Source of the DNA: Thermovirgaceae bacterium
GTDB taxonomy: Bacteria; Synergistota; Synergistia; Synergistales; Thermovirgaceae
Assembly: GCA_030656095.1 (NCBI GenBank)
Contig: JAUSOU010000086.1
Location: forward strand, 3,488-67,487
DNA: 64,000 nucleotides
Direction of reading: 5' to 3'
The notes beneath the pieces are model-generated. The model did no database searches. It was not told where the DNA came from and saw only the letters and a program-made list of their open reading frames with translations. The stretch's first letter is position 1. Each line of letters begins with the position of its first letter. Of the stretch, positions 9,016 through 18,393 are shown piece after piece. The position numbers were made by a program, and so were the translations under genes.

Positions 9016-10542
9016 TCAGTGCCGGAAAGTTCTCCAGCCGCTGGTAAACATGCTTATCCCGAGTTTCAACGCTGCCTGGCAGACCTCTTCGTCCCGCACA
9101 GATCCTCCCGGCTGGATTACGGCGGCAACACCGGCTTTCGCCGCGGTCTCCAAGCTGTCGGAAAACGGGAAAAACGCGTCCGAGCCCATGACCGACCCCA
9201 TAGCCTTTTCCCCAGCCTGATGGCATGCCCAATAAACTGCGTCTATCCGGCTGGTGAATCCTCTTCCGAGACCGACAGTTGCGCCATCTTTTACGAGCGA
9301 GATTGAGTTGCTCTTCCCCAGTGCTGCCGCCTTCCATGCGATGATCATATCTTCCCAGAGATCCGGTCTTGGAGACCCCGTCCAATCTCCGGAATCGGGG
9401 CGGGGGAGCGGGGGCAATGCGTCGTCCTGCAGAAGGGTCCCACCCCAGGTGTTGACCATGGAGGGTTCCAGGTTCATCTTTCCGTTCCATTCCACAACGC
9501 GAAGGTTCGGCCTTTCCGTCGCAAGGAGCCTTGTCGCGCCTTCCTTGAAGGAAGGCGCGACAAGGACCTCTGCGAATTGCAACATAACGCCCCGTGCCGC
9601 AGGTTCGTCAACCTCCCGGGTGAAGGCGATGATACCCCCGAAAGCCGATAGCTGGTCGCACTCGAAGGCCTTTGAGTAAGATCCGGCGGCATCGGAATCA
9701 ACCGCTATCCCGCAAGGAGTCGTGTGCTTGATGATGATGCACGCGCAATCTGACTGGAAGAGGGCCATGCTCCTCATTGCGCAGTCCATGTCCAGGATGT
9801 TGTTGTATGAGAGAGGCTTGCCCGAGATCTGTTTCCAGGAGGCGACGTCCAGCGGGTTTGAGTAGAGCGCTGCCTTCTGGTGAGGGTTCTCTCCGTAACG
9901 CAATTCCAATCTTCTCTGCAGAGGAAGCACCGTCATTGCCGGAGTGTTGTCTCTTCCGGTTCCGCAGGAGCGTGAAAGTCCTTCTTGTATTGTAGCGTCA
10001 TAGCAGGCCGTGCGCAGAAAAGCCTTGATGGCAAGGGCTTCCCTCGTCTGAAGGGTTACGTCCCCTTCTGAGCTTATCTCCGAGATGACGGTTTCGTAGT
10101 CGTCTGGGTCCGTTACGGGGACAACGTATCTGAAATTCTTTGCGGCCGCCCGGAGAAGAGTGACTCCGCCGATATCAATGTTCTCCAGAAGGTCGTCAAG
10201 CGAGGCCCCGCCCCGGAATGTTTCCTCAAAGGGGTAGAGGTTGCAGACGACCATATCGATCATCGGTATTCCGAACTTTTCCACGTCGGCAAGATCCGTT
10301 TCGAAGTTGCGGCGGGCCAGAATGCCCCCGAAGACAGAAGGGTGCAGTGTCTTTACCCGTCCGCCAAGCATGTGGGGGTATCCGGTAAAGTCCTCCACGT
10401 CTCTGACTGCGATGCCCGCTTCCCTTATGTGCCTGGCCGTTCCAGAACTGGATACTATTTCCCATCCCAGTTCCTCCAGTCCTTTTGCCAGTTCGGTTAC
10501 GCCCCGTTTATCGAAAACGGAGACAAGCGCCCGTTTGGGCAT
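9016..10542 (-). CDS. purH: Bifunctional AICAR transformylase / IMP cyclohydrolase
   Basis: MPKRALVSVFDKRGV..VKTLHPSVFGGILA.., full length at 508 aa. Confidence 0.93.
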   Translation of the reverse strand: MPKRALVSVFDKRGVTELAKGLEELGWEIVSSSGTARHIREAGIAVRDVEDFTGYPHMLGGRVKTLHPSVFGGILARRNFETDLADVEKFGIPMIDMVVCNLYPFEETFRGGASLDDLLENIDIGGVTLLRAAAKNFRYVVPVTDPDDYETVISEISSEGDVTLQTREALAIKAFLRTACYDATIQEGLSRSCGTGRDNTPAMTVLPLQRRLELRYGENPHQKAALYSNPLDVASWKQISGKPLSYNNILDMDCAMRSMALFQSDCACIIIKHTTPCGIAVDSDAAGSYSKAFECDQLSAFGGIIAFTREVDEPAARGVMLQFAEVLVAPSFKEGATRLLATERPNLRVVEWNGKMNLEPSMVNTWGGTLLQDDALPPLPRPDSGDWTGSPRPDLWEDMIIAWKAAALGKSNSISLVKDGATVGLGRGFTSRIDAVYWACHQAGEKAMGSVMGSDAFFPFSDSLETAAKAGVAAVIQPGGSVRDEEVCQAALKLGISMFTSGWRTFRH

Positions 10543-10568
10543 GTCGATCTCCCCTTTTAAGGTATCTT

Positions 10569-11141
10569 TTACCTGGAAGGATCCAGGAGGTGTATCAGGG
10601 TTCTCGTGTAAAGGATCTGTTCCGCCTGGTGGATCCTCTCTTCCAGATCCTCGATCGGCTCGCCTGGAAATATTCTCACGGGTTCCTGTGCAAGGATCTT
10701 TCCGTGATCGACCTGTTCATCGACGAGGTGAACCGTGACGCCGGTCACCATCACGCCGTGATCAAAAGCACGTCTTATAGAGTCTTTGCCAGGGAAGGCA
10801 GGAAGCAGTGATGGGTGGATATTGACGATCCTGCCTCTTCTTCTCAAGACAAACCCGGGGGAGAGAACTCTCATGAATCCGGCAAGAATGAGCCATTCGG
10901 CCCGGGAGTCCGAGATGAGTCTGTCGAGGTGCTCTTCAGCTTTGTATTTCCCTAGAGCTGCGTACGGGAGAAGATGGGTTTTCAGCCCGAGTTTTTCCGC
11001 ATCCGCAAGGCCCGGGGCTTCGGGGTTGTCGCAGGCCACAAAGAAAACCTCGGCATTCAGAAGCCCCCCCCCGCAATTGCGCGCCAAGGCCAGCATGTTG
11101 CTTCCCCTTCCAGAGATCAGTATAGCGATGCGCCTTTTCAT
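10569..11141 (-). CDS. purN: Phosphoribosylglycinamide formyltransferase
   Basis: IAILISGRGSNM..IVNIHPSLLPAFPG..HLVDEQVDHG. Confidence 0.92.
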   Translation of the reverse strand: MKRRIAILISGRGSNMLALARNCGGGLLNAEVFFVACDNPEAPGLADAEKLGLKTHLLPYAALGKYKAEEHLDRLISDSRAEWLILAGFMRVLSPGFVLRRRGRIVNIHPSLLPAFPGKDSIRRAFDHGVMVTGVTVHLVDEQVDHGKILAQEPVRIFPGEPIEDLEERIHQAEQILYTRTLIHLLDPSR

Positions 11142-12133
11142 CTGCCAACTTCACCGATCTCGATGAGTTCCTCGTTTTCTATTTCAGAGAAAAGCTCGAT
11201 GAGTTCAGTCGTTCTGTTTTTCGGTGCAACCAGAACGAAGCCAATGCCCAGATTGAAGACCTTGCGCATCTCATACACGTCGACGCCTCTTGTTTCGATC
11301 AGCCTGAAAATCGGAGGCTCATCCCAGGAAGAAAAATCCACCCGGGGTTTAAGCCCTTCGGGAAGTATCCTCTGGACATTTTCCTCGATGCCGCCTCCCG
11401 TTATGTGGGCCATACCCCTGATCATTCCCGCCGAAGAAGCCAGAGAGGCTTGGGAAACGTAGAGCCTTGTCGGGGTCATGAGAGTTTCGGCCAGGGTTTC
11501 GCCGGCTCCGGGGACCACTGAATCGAGCGGCAGCGGGTTCTCCCCCTCCAGAAGACATTTCCTGATCAGGCTGAAGCCGTTGCTGTGGACTCCGGAGCTT
11601 CGAAGGCCAAGGATGACATCTCCAATGGAGCTGTTTTTTCCGTCGACAAGATCGCTTTCGTGAACCGTACCGACTGCGAATCCCGCCAGATCGAAAGCTC
11701 CGCCCTTATAGACATCGGGCATCTCCGCTGTCTCTCCGCCGAGAAGGGCGCATCCGCAGGATGCGCAGGCATCCACTATTCCTTCCATTATTGGGCCGAA
11801 AACATCCGGATCGAGGAAGCCGCAGGCGATGTAGTCGAGGAAAAAGAGAGGCTTTGCCCCGCAGGTGACGAGGTCGTTAACGTTCATAGCTACGAGGTCC
11901 TGGCCGAGACCGCGGAAAATATTCGTTGCGCGGGCAACTTCAAGCTTTGTGCCGACGCCGTCGGCGCAGGCGGCAAGTATCCTTTTGTCTCCCAGGTTGT
12001 AAAGTCCCGCGAATCCGCCGATCCCACTCCTGACATCAGGGCTTCCTGCTTTATGGCCGATCTTTTTAAGGAAGTCGATCCAGGCGTTGCTTCTTTCGAG
12101 GCTTACCCCCGCTTTTTCATAGGTCCAGCCCAT
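11138..12133 (-). CDS. purM: Phosphoribosylformylglycinamidine cyclo-ligase (AIR synthetase)
   Basis: TYEKAGVSLE..DGVGTKL..GGETAEMP. The start is taken at the internal Met (MGWTYEK) rather than the track start. Confidence 0.9.
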   Translation of the reverse strand: MGWTYEKAGVSLERSNAWIDFLKKIGHKAGSPDVRSGIGGFAGLYNLGDKRILAACADGVGTKLEVARATNIFRGLGQDLVAMNVNDLVTCGAKPLFFLDYIACGFLDPDVFGPIMEGIVDACASCGCALLGGETAEMPDVYKGGAFDLAGFAVGTVHESDLVDGKNSSIGDVILGLRSSGVHSNGFSLIRKCLLEGENPLPLDSVVPGAGETLAETLMTPTRLYVSQASLASSAGMIRGMAHITGGGIEENVQRILPEGLKPRVDFSSWDEPPIFRLIETRGVDVYEMRKVFNLGIGFVLVAPKNRTTELIELFSEIENEELIEIGEVGR

Positions 12134-13493
12134 CGTTTTCGCTCCCCTCCAGATAGTCTCCAGTGAAGCATGCGGTGCATACATCCGAGGGGGGGAGCCC
12201 TATCGCCGATACCAGGTCCTCCGTTCCGAGGTAGTCGAGGGAGTCGGCACCTATCTCCCGGCGGAGGGTGTCGATATCGAGCCTGGCAGCAGCGAGCTCC
12301 TCGCATGTCGGAGTATCGATCCCGTAATAACAGGGAAACCGTACAGGAGGAGAGGCGATCCTTATGTGGACCTTGTCGGCACCGTCCTGCCGTATCATCG
12401 AAATTATGCGCTGGACCGTTGTTCCCCTGACGATGGAGTCATCGACCACGGCCAGCTCCCTGCCGCTGATAAGGGACTTGATCGGGTTGAGTTTAATTCT
12501 CACCCCCAAAACACGGACCCTCTGGGTGGGCTGGATGAACGTCCTCCCGATGTACCTGTTCCTGACGATGGCGGTCTCGTAGCGCTTATTTGAGCACTCG
12601 GCGAATCCCATGGCCGCGATCGTGCCGCTGTCCGGCATGCCGGTGACAATGTCCGCATTGGGGCAGGGCGAGCTCCCGGCAAGCCTGCAACCGAGCGCTT
12701 TTCTTACTTCATAGACCGAACGTCCGTCGATTACGCTGTCGGGCCTTGCGAAGTATACGTATTCAAAGGCGCAGGAGTACCCGCGAGAGACCTTGAGAGG
12801 TATCCTGATGCTTTTCAAGCCGTTTTCGTCGATGACGACTATCTCCCCCGGTTCCACGTCTCTTACAAGGGTCGCTCCGACGATATCAAGAGCGCAGCTT
12901 TCGGAGGCGACATAGATTATGTCGCCCCTGCGTCCCAGCACGAGAGGCCTGAAACCCCACGGGTCCCTGGCAGCGACCAGCCTGTTCCCGAGAAGGACCG
13001 CCAGGCTGTAGGCGCCGCGAAGCCGCCGCAGGGCGTCGACAAGCGCGTCGAGCGGAGGCTTGTGCGACTGGTGGGCCATGAGATGGATTATGGTCTCGGT
13101 GTCAGTGGTGGACTGGAATATGGCCCCCCTGGACTCGAGCATCCTGCGAATTCCGGATGCGTTCGTTATGTTGCCGTTGTGGGCAATGGCAAGGGATCCC
13201 ATGGAATAGTTGGCGCTTATCGGCTGGGCGTTGGACAGATCGGAGGCACCTGTGGTCGAGTACCTGACATGACCTATCGCCGAGCTTGCCATGATCGTCG
13301 AAAGGTGCTGCTGATCCAGCGCGATATGCACAAGCCCCATGCCTCTGAAGGAGAGAACATTTCCCTCTGCGCCTTCGCTCCACGCAATTCCGGCCGACTC
13401 CTGCCCCCGATGCTGGAGGGCGTAAAGCCCCAGGTAAACATCTTCAAGAACCGAGTCTCCGTTTTTGCAGAAGGCGCCAAAGACTCCGCACAT
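12117..13493 (-). CDS. purF: Amidophosphoribosyltransferase
   Basis: MCGVFGAF provides the N-terminal nucleophile Cys, and the PRTase motif VVDDSIVRGTT is present. Confidence 0.92.
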   Translation of the reverse strand: MCGVFGAFCKNGDSVLEDVYLGLYALQHRGQESAGIAWSEGAEGNVLSFRGMGLVHIALDQQHLSTIMASSAIGHVRYSTTGASDLSNAQPISANYSMGSLAIAHNGNITNASGIRRMLESRGAIFQSTTDTETIIHLMAHQSHKPPLDALVDALRRLRGAYSLAVLLGNRLVAARDPWGFRPLVLGRRGDIIYVASESCALDIVGATLVRDVEPGEIVVIDENGLKSIRIPLKVSRGYSCAFEYVYFARPDSVIDGRSVYEVRKALGCRLAGSSPCPNADIVTGMPDSGTIAAMGFAECSNKRYETAIVRNRYIGRTFIQPTQRVRVLGVRIKLNPIKSLISGRELAVVDDSIVRGTTVQRIISMIRQDGADKVHIRIASPPVRFPCYYGIDTPTCEELAAARLDIDTLRREIGADSLDYLGTEDLVSAIGLPPSDVCTACFTGDYLEGSENDGLDL

Positions 13494-13497
13494 GTTC

Positions 13498-15654
13498 TCA
13501 CCTCCTCCAGATCTGTTCAAGATGATGGAGCGGAATGTTCATCACTGTTCCCATTGACAGTTCGCTGCCACCGGCCTCGCCTATCCTGATGACAGGAATT
13601 CCGGACCAGGCCGAGATGAATTGATTTTCGCAGGACGGGGGAACGGAGTAGAGAGCCCTGGCCCCGCCCTCTCCGAAAAGCAGCTCCGGCAGCTTTGCGG
13701 AAACCGGTATGTCAAGCCTTATACCCCTTCCGGATGCTATGCATGTTTTTGCCATCGATATGAGCAGTCCTCCTCCGGCAATGGCACGGCCGGAGGAGGC
13801 AAGGTTTTCCCGGGAAGTCTTCAGGGCGGACCGCATGAAGGCTACCTCCCGCTCAGGGAGGTAGTCGAACGGCGTGGATATCGGCTCCATTCCGGTTCTC
13901 CTGGCTAAGTGGCTGCCGTTGAGCGTCGCCCCGGAGGTTCCCGCAAGGAATATAAGGTCCCCATCCCGGAGGGTGGATTCGCGGAGTAGGTTTTCGGTTT
14001 TTTCATACAGTCCCACCACGCCGACAAGCGGAGAGGGGAGTATTCTGCTGCCCGTGCTTTCGTTGTAGAGGCTTACGTTGCCGGAGACCACAGGGCACAC
14101 CAGATCCCTTGCCACCGCCGCAAAGCCTTCGACAGATCGGCTGAGGACCCAGAAGTTCTCCGGGTTTTCCGGAGAGGGGTAGTTGAGGCAGTTTGTCATT
14201 GCGAGATGTTCGGCGCCGCTTACCCAGAGCGGCCTGAGAGCCTTCAGAAAGGTCTCTGCCGCCCCGGTGAAGGGGTCGATATCGCACTTCCAGGGATCCA
14301 CTTCCATTGTCAAGCCTATCAATCTTCCGTTTTCACGGATGCGGATAACGGAAATGCCGCTTCCGGGAGGGATGACTGTGTTGGTCTGGACCATGTAGTC
14401 GTATTGGTGGTATATTTCCGATTTGTCCGCAAGGTTCGGGTCGCCCAGCATTCCGAGAAGTTGATCAAGGATGTATCCGGGCTGATCTGCTGAAGGGGCG
14501 GCCGTTCTTTGCATAATGGTTTTTTCGGCTGGCTTCCGGGATGGCCAGGGCAGAACCGGACAGCTCCCGCCGACCATTCCGGCGGGGAGGCTCACGATCA
14601 TCTCATCTTTGTCCATTATGACGAACAATCCGTCGTCCGTTATCTCCCCGATCGGCGCACATTCGAGTTCCCACTTCCTGGCGGTTCTTTCGATCTCGGG
14701 AAGGTTCTCCGGTTCCGCGATCAGGAGCATCCTCTCCTGCGATTCGGACAGCGCGATCTCCCACGGTTTCATGTTCTCCTCGCGCAGGGGCACGAGGTCG
14801 GAACGGATCACTATTCCGGTCCCGCTTTTTGCGGCTATCTCGCTTGAAGACGATGTTATTCCTGCCGCTCCCATATCCTGCATGCCAACGATGAGCCCTC
14901 TGGAGTGGATATCCAGACAGCACTCTATCAGAAGTTTTTCGACGAAGGGATCTCCGATCTGTATCTTGGGGCGGCTTGATCTGGTGTCGTCGGTCAGCTC
15001 CGAAGAGGCGAAGGCCGCTCCCGCAATTCCGTCCCTGCCGGTCCTCGAGCCAACCAGTATCGCCAATTGGCCGGGTTTTGCGGTCTTTGAGCTTACAACT
15101 GAATCCAGCGGGACTATTCCGACGCACATGGCGTTTACCAGAGGGTTCCCGTTGTAGCATCCGTCGTAAATGGTTTTGCCTCCTACCGTCGGAACTCCGA
15201 CGGCGTTGCCGTATCCGGCTATTCCCTTCACGATGCCTTCAGCCAGAGAACGGGTGTGCGCGGAATTCCCGTCTCCAAGGCAGAGCCCGTCCAGAGTGGC
15301 GACAGGTCTGGCTCCCATCGCCAGTATGTCGCGGATGATCCCTCCGACCCCCGTGGCGGCCCCCTGGAAAGGGGCAACAGCGGAGGGGTGGTTGTGGCTC
15401 TCTACCTTGAAGGCAACACCCCAGCCTCCTCCTGCGTCCACGATCCCCGCATTTTCTCCGGGGCCCTGGACGACGGCCCCTCCGGTATTCGGGAATTTTG
15501 CCAGAAGCGGTCTGGTTGATTTGTAGCTGCAGTGTTCGGACCACATAACTCCCAGAATGCGAAGTTCCGGTGTGTTGGGTTCCCGTCCCAGAATTTTGAT
15601 AATTGCCCTGTATTCGGACTCTTTCAGTCCGACTTCCCTGAAATCGGGTTTCAT
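13498..15654 (-). CDS. purL: Phosphoribosylformylglycinamidine synthase subunit II
   Basis: 718 aa, with EPNTPELRILGVMWSEHCSYKS..ESHNHPS. Confidence 0.92.
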   Translation of the reverse strand: MKPDFREVGLKESEYRAIIKILGREPNTPELRILGVMWSEHCSYKSTRPLLAKFPNTGGAVVQGPGENAGIVDAGGGWGVAFKVESHNHPSAVAPFQGAATGVGGIIRDILAMGARPVATLDGLCLGDGNSAHTRSLAEGIVKGIAGYGNAVGVPTVGGKTIYDGCYNGNPLVNAMCVGIVPLDSVVSSKTAKPGQLAILVGSRTGRDGIAGAAFASSELTDDTRSSRPKIQIGDPFVEKLLIECCLDIHSRGLIVGMQDMGAAGITSSSSEIAAKSGTGIVIRSDLVPLREENMKPWEIALSESQERMLLIAEPENLPEIERTARKWELECAPIGEITDDGLFVIMDKDEMIVSLPAGMVGGSCPVLPWPSRKPAEKTIMQRTAAPSADQPGYILDQLLGMLGDPNLADKSEIYHQYDYMVQTNTVIPPGSGISVIRIRENGRLIGLTMEVDPWKCDIDPFTGAAETFLKALRPLWVSGAEHLAMTNCLNYPSPENPENFWVLSRSVEGFAAVARDLVCPVVSGNVSLYNESTGSRILPSPLVGVVGLYEKTENLLRESTLRDGDLIFLAGTSGATLNGSHLARRTGMEPISTPFDYLPEREVAFMRSALKTSRENLASSGRAIAGGGLLISMAKTCIASGRGIRLDIPVSAKLPELLFGEGGARALYSVPPSCENQFISAWSGIPVIRIGEAGGSELSMGTVMNIPLHHLEQIWRR

Positions 15655-16358
15655 TTCCCCAGGCTCCCTTCAAGCCACTTGTGTAAGGATCTCCACAACA
15701 CCGCCCCGTCGCTTGATCCCAGGAGAGATTCCCCTGCACGCTCCGGGTGCGGCATCATTCCCAGGACGTTGCCCCTTGTGTTTGTAACTCCAGCGATACC
15801 GTTAAGGGAGCCGTTCGGGGAAAAACGTTCATCGACATCTCCTTCCGGGCTGCAGTAGCGGAAAACCACCCTTCCTTCTCGCTCCAGGGCATCCAGGTCT
15901 GCCGCGGGAAGAAAATACAAACCCTCGTAATGAGCTATCGGGATCCTGAGAACCTGGCCTTTTCCGTACATGCATGTGAAGGGAGTGTCGTTTCGTTCAA
16001 CCCTTACATGGCAGTAATCGCAGATGAAAGAGAGAGAGCGATTCGCGAGCAGGGCACCGGGGAGCAGGCCGGTCTCCGTGAGAACCTGAAAACCGTTGCA
16101 TATTCCAAGAAGAGGAAGGCCCCTTTCGGCGTGCTTTCTTACCGCTCCGATGATCCTGGATTTGGCGGCCATTGCTCCGCAGCGCAGATAGTCTCCGTAG
16201 GAGAAGCCGCCGGGAAGAACGACGAGTTCCGTACCCTCAGGAAGTTCGGAATCTTCATGCCAGACCAGCGATGCCTCTGTCTGGAGTGTTGCCCTTACGG
16301 CATGAACGACATCAAGGTCGCAGTTGCTGCCGGGAAAGACAACAACTGATGTTTTCAT
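15651..16358 (-). CDS. purQ: Phosphoribosylformylglycinamidine synthase subunit I (glutaminase)
   Basis: MKTSVVVFPGSNCD..GGFSYGDYL..GICNGFQ..MPHPER. The ATGA overlaps the purS stop. Confidence 0.92.
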   Translation of the reverse strand: MKTSVVVFPGSNCDLDVVHAVRATLQTEASLVWHEDSELPEGTELVVLPGGFSYGDYLRCGAMAAKSRIIGAVRKHAERGLPLLGICNGFQVLTETGLLPGALLANRSLSFICDYCHVRVERNDTPFTCMYGKGQVLRIPIAHYEGLYFLPAADLDALEREGRVVFRYCSPEGDVDERFSPNGSLNGIAGVTNTRGNVLGMMPHPERAGESLLGSSDGAVLWRSLHKWLEGSLGK

Positions 16359-16612
16359 AGTCCGCATCTTTCCACTTCTATCCTGTGGTCTTCGATCAGA
16401 TTGTTCACAAGGAGCTCCCCGCACATTGATCCAGCCTTTGCAATCGCTTCCGCTTCGTTCCCGGCTTCCAGCCAGACCTGGATGTATTTGCCCACCCTGA
16501 CGTCATTGAGGGCCTCGAATCCTATCCTTTTGAGTGAACGAGCCACCGCCTTGCCCTGGGTGTCAAGGACGCCTTCCTTCGGAAAAATGAGAATTTTCAC
16601 GAGGAAGGTCAT
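16355..16612 (-). CDS. purS: Phosphoribosylformylglycinamidine synthase subunit PurS
   Basis: MTFLVKILIFPKEGVLDTQGKAV.. at about 85 aa. The ATGA overlaps the purC stop. Confidence 0.88.
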   Translation of the reverse strand: MTFLVKILIFPKEGVLDTQGKAVARSLKRIGFEALNDVRVGKYIQVWLEAGNEAEAIAKAGSMCGELLVNNLIEDHRIEVERCGL

Positions 16613-17313
16613 CGTTTTTCCCCCTTTGAGATCCTTTCCCAAACTTCACGGTAAGACTCGAGAACATTCCCGAGGTCCTTGCGGAACCGGTCCTTGTCAA
16701 GCTTTTCGCCGCTGGATATGTCCCATAACCTGCATGTGTCGGGGGAAATTTCGTCGGCGAGGATCACCGTGTTATCGGGAGTTCTCCCGAATTCGAGCTT
16801 GAGATCCACAAGCACTATTCCCACCTGAAGAAAACGCTCCTTCAGAAGTTTGTTGACCTCCAGGCTGATTCTTTTCAATATTTCAACTTCGGCCGGAGAG
16901 GCCCATTCAAAGGCGGACACATGATCCTCGGTAACTATAGGATCTTCCAGAGCATCGTCCTTGAGATAGAACTCAAGGAGGGGTTTTTTGAGCTCAACCC
17001 CTTCTTTAACGCCGAGTCTTTTGCAGAGAGATCCGGTTGTGATGTTCCTTACTACGACTTCGAGTGGTATGATGCCAACTTTTTTTACCAACTGGTGTGT
17101 TTCATCGACTATCTTGACGAAGTGGGTAGGTATACCTCTAGAACCTATGAACTCCAGCAGGTATGCGCTGATCTTGTTGTTGAGGCTCCCTTTGCCGGAG
17201 AGTGTGGATTTCTTCTGGGCGTTGAATGCGGTGAGACTGTCCTTGTATTCGATCAGGAGAATTGAAGGATCTTCGGTCTCGAAGAGCTTCTTCGCCTTTC
17301 CTTCGTAGAGCAT
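16609..17313 (-). CDS. purC: SAICAR synthase
   Basis: MLYEGKAKKLF..YKDSLTAFN..IPLEVVVRN. TTG at 17328 is an alternative start. Confidence 0.92.
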   Translation of the reverse strand: MLYEGKAKKLFETEDPSILLIEYKDSLTAFNAQKKSTLSGKGSLNNKISAYLLEFIGSRGIPTHFVKIVDETHQLVKKVGIIPLEVVVRNITTGSLCKRLGVKEGVELKKPLLEFYLKDDALEDPIVTEDHVSAFEWASPAEVEILKRISLEVNKLLKERFLQVGIVLVDLKLEFGRTPDNTVILADEISPDTCRLWDISSGEKLDKDRFRKDLGNVLESYREVWERISKGEKR

Positions 17314-17359
17314 TGAGTGTTTTTCCAACTTCCATCCCCCCTGTTTCGTTTATGTTTAC

Positions 17360-17388
17360 ATTATTCGGTCATAAACAATAAATGTCAA
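17360..17388 (-). promoter_or_regulatory. Candidate sigma-A-type promoter of the pur operon (TTGACA-17-AATAAT)
   Basis: On the minus strand, TTGACA is at 17388-17383 and AATAAT at 17365-17360, with a 17-nt spacer. The leader to purC is only about 30-40 nt, which leaves no room for a riboswitch. Confidence 0.5.
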
Positions 17389-17400
17389 TAAAAGCCCGCT

Positions 17401-17426
17401 CCGAAATTGTTGATATGTTCAGTTCG
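17401..17426. promoter_or_regulatory. PurBox-like inverted repeat (CCGAA-N16-TTCG), a candidate PurR operator
   Basis: CCGAA at 17401-17405 and GTTCG at 17422-17426 are inverted, with a 16-nt spacer. A third CCGAAT (minus-strand sense) lies at 17368-17363 next to the pur -10 box. A Firmicutes-type purR is encoded in this window. Confidence 0.35.
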
Positions 17427-17454
17427 TGACAGAAATAACGTTCCATGGTAGTAT
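17426..17454 (+). promoter_or_regulatory. Candidate focA promoter (GTGACA-17-TAGTAT)
   Basis: Hexamers at 17426-17431 and 17449-17454. Read by eye only. Confidence 0.3.
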
Positions 17455-17562
17455 TCTGGAAACTGTGAGCTGCGGCCAACTCAAGCCTTTTTCGGGTTCG
17501 GGCGGTCCAGATTCACAAATCCGGAGCCCCCACAGGGGCTAACTCCTAGGAGGAGGATTTTT

Positions 17563-18393
17563 ATGAGTTCTTTCAAGACTCCTGTTGAACTCGCGAAGAC
17601 CGCGTGCCTCGCGGCGAAAGCAAAGGTTTCCTGGAGCATCCCCCAGATGCTGGTTCTTGGCACCATGGCAGGGGCGTATATCGCCTTTGGCGGATGGCTT
17701 ATGACCGTTGTAACGCACGACCTTGCAGCCACAATGGGAGTGGGCTTCTCGAGATTCCTGGGAGGAGCGGTATTCAGCGTAGGCCTGATGTTGGTCGTGA
17801 TCGCCGGCGCGGAACTGTTCACCGGCAACTGCATGATGCCCCTTAGCGTCATGGCCGGCTGCACGCCAATGAGCGGAGTCTTCAGGAACTGGTTCTGGGT
17901 ATATTTCGCAAACTTGATCGGCAGCGTTCTAGTCGCTCTTATCATTTACTACTCCGGTCTCTGGAAGGGCCCGATAGGAGTACACGCCTTCAAGATCGCG
18001 GCCGGAAAGATGAACCTTCCCATAGGAGAAGCTGTATTCAGGGCAATTCTCTGTAACTGGCTTGTTGTTCTCGCGGTCTGGATGAGCATGGCGGCGACCG
18101 ACATCATCGGAAAAGTCTGGGCCATTTTCTTCCCCATCATGGCTTTTGTCGCCTCCGGCTTCGAACACTCCATCGCCAATATGTACTTCATGACTCTGGG
18201 CCTTCTGCTCAAGGGCGATCTTTCGATCGTGAGCGGGGCAGGACTATCGGATGAAGTCCTTTCAAACGTAAGTATCGGCGGGTATCTCCACAACCTGATC
18301 CCCGTGACGATCGGCAACATGATCGGCGGCATCCTCTTCGTCGCGGTCTTCTATTTCCTGGTTTTCAGATCAAATCTTGAGGATCTCGGCTAG
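17563..18393 (+). CDS. focA: Formate/nitrite transporter family channel
   Basis: 276 aa, polytopic. Family motifs include GAELFTGN and FEHSIANMY. AGGAGGAGG precedes the ATG. Confidence 0.88.
   Translation: MSSFKTPVELAKTACLAAKAKVSWSIPQMLVLGTMAGAYIAFGGWLMTVVTHDLAATMGVGFSRFLGGAVFSVGLMLVVIAGAELFTGNCMMPLSVMAGCTPMSGVFRNWFWVYFANLIGSVLVALIIYYSGLWKGPIGVHAFKIAAGKMNLPIGEAVFRAILCNWLVVLAVWMSMAATDIIGKVWAIFFPIMAFVASGFEHSIANMYFMTLGLLLKGDLSIVSGAGLSDEVLSNVSIGGYLHNLIPVTIGNMIGGILFVAVFYFLVFRSNLEDLG

Noticed and set aside
17329-17562. Possible purine, ZTP (pfl) or Moco riboswitch between purC and focA.
   Set aside because: The pur leader is only about 30-40 nt long. The focA leader lacks the conserved cores I remember for these classes. 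A weak CCGGAGCC..GGGCTAACTCC resemblance to the Moco closing helices has only a 4-nt loop where the aptamer should be. A covariance-model scan is needed to be sure.
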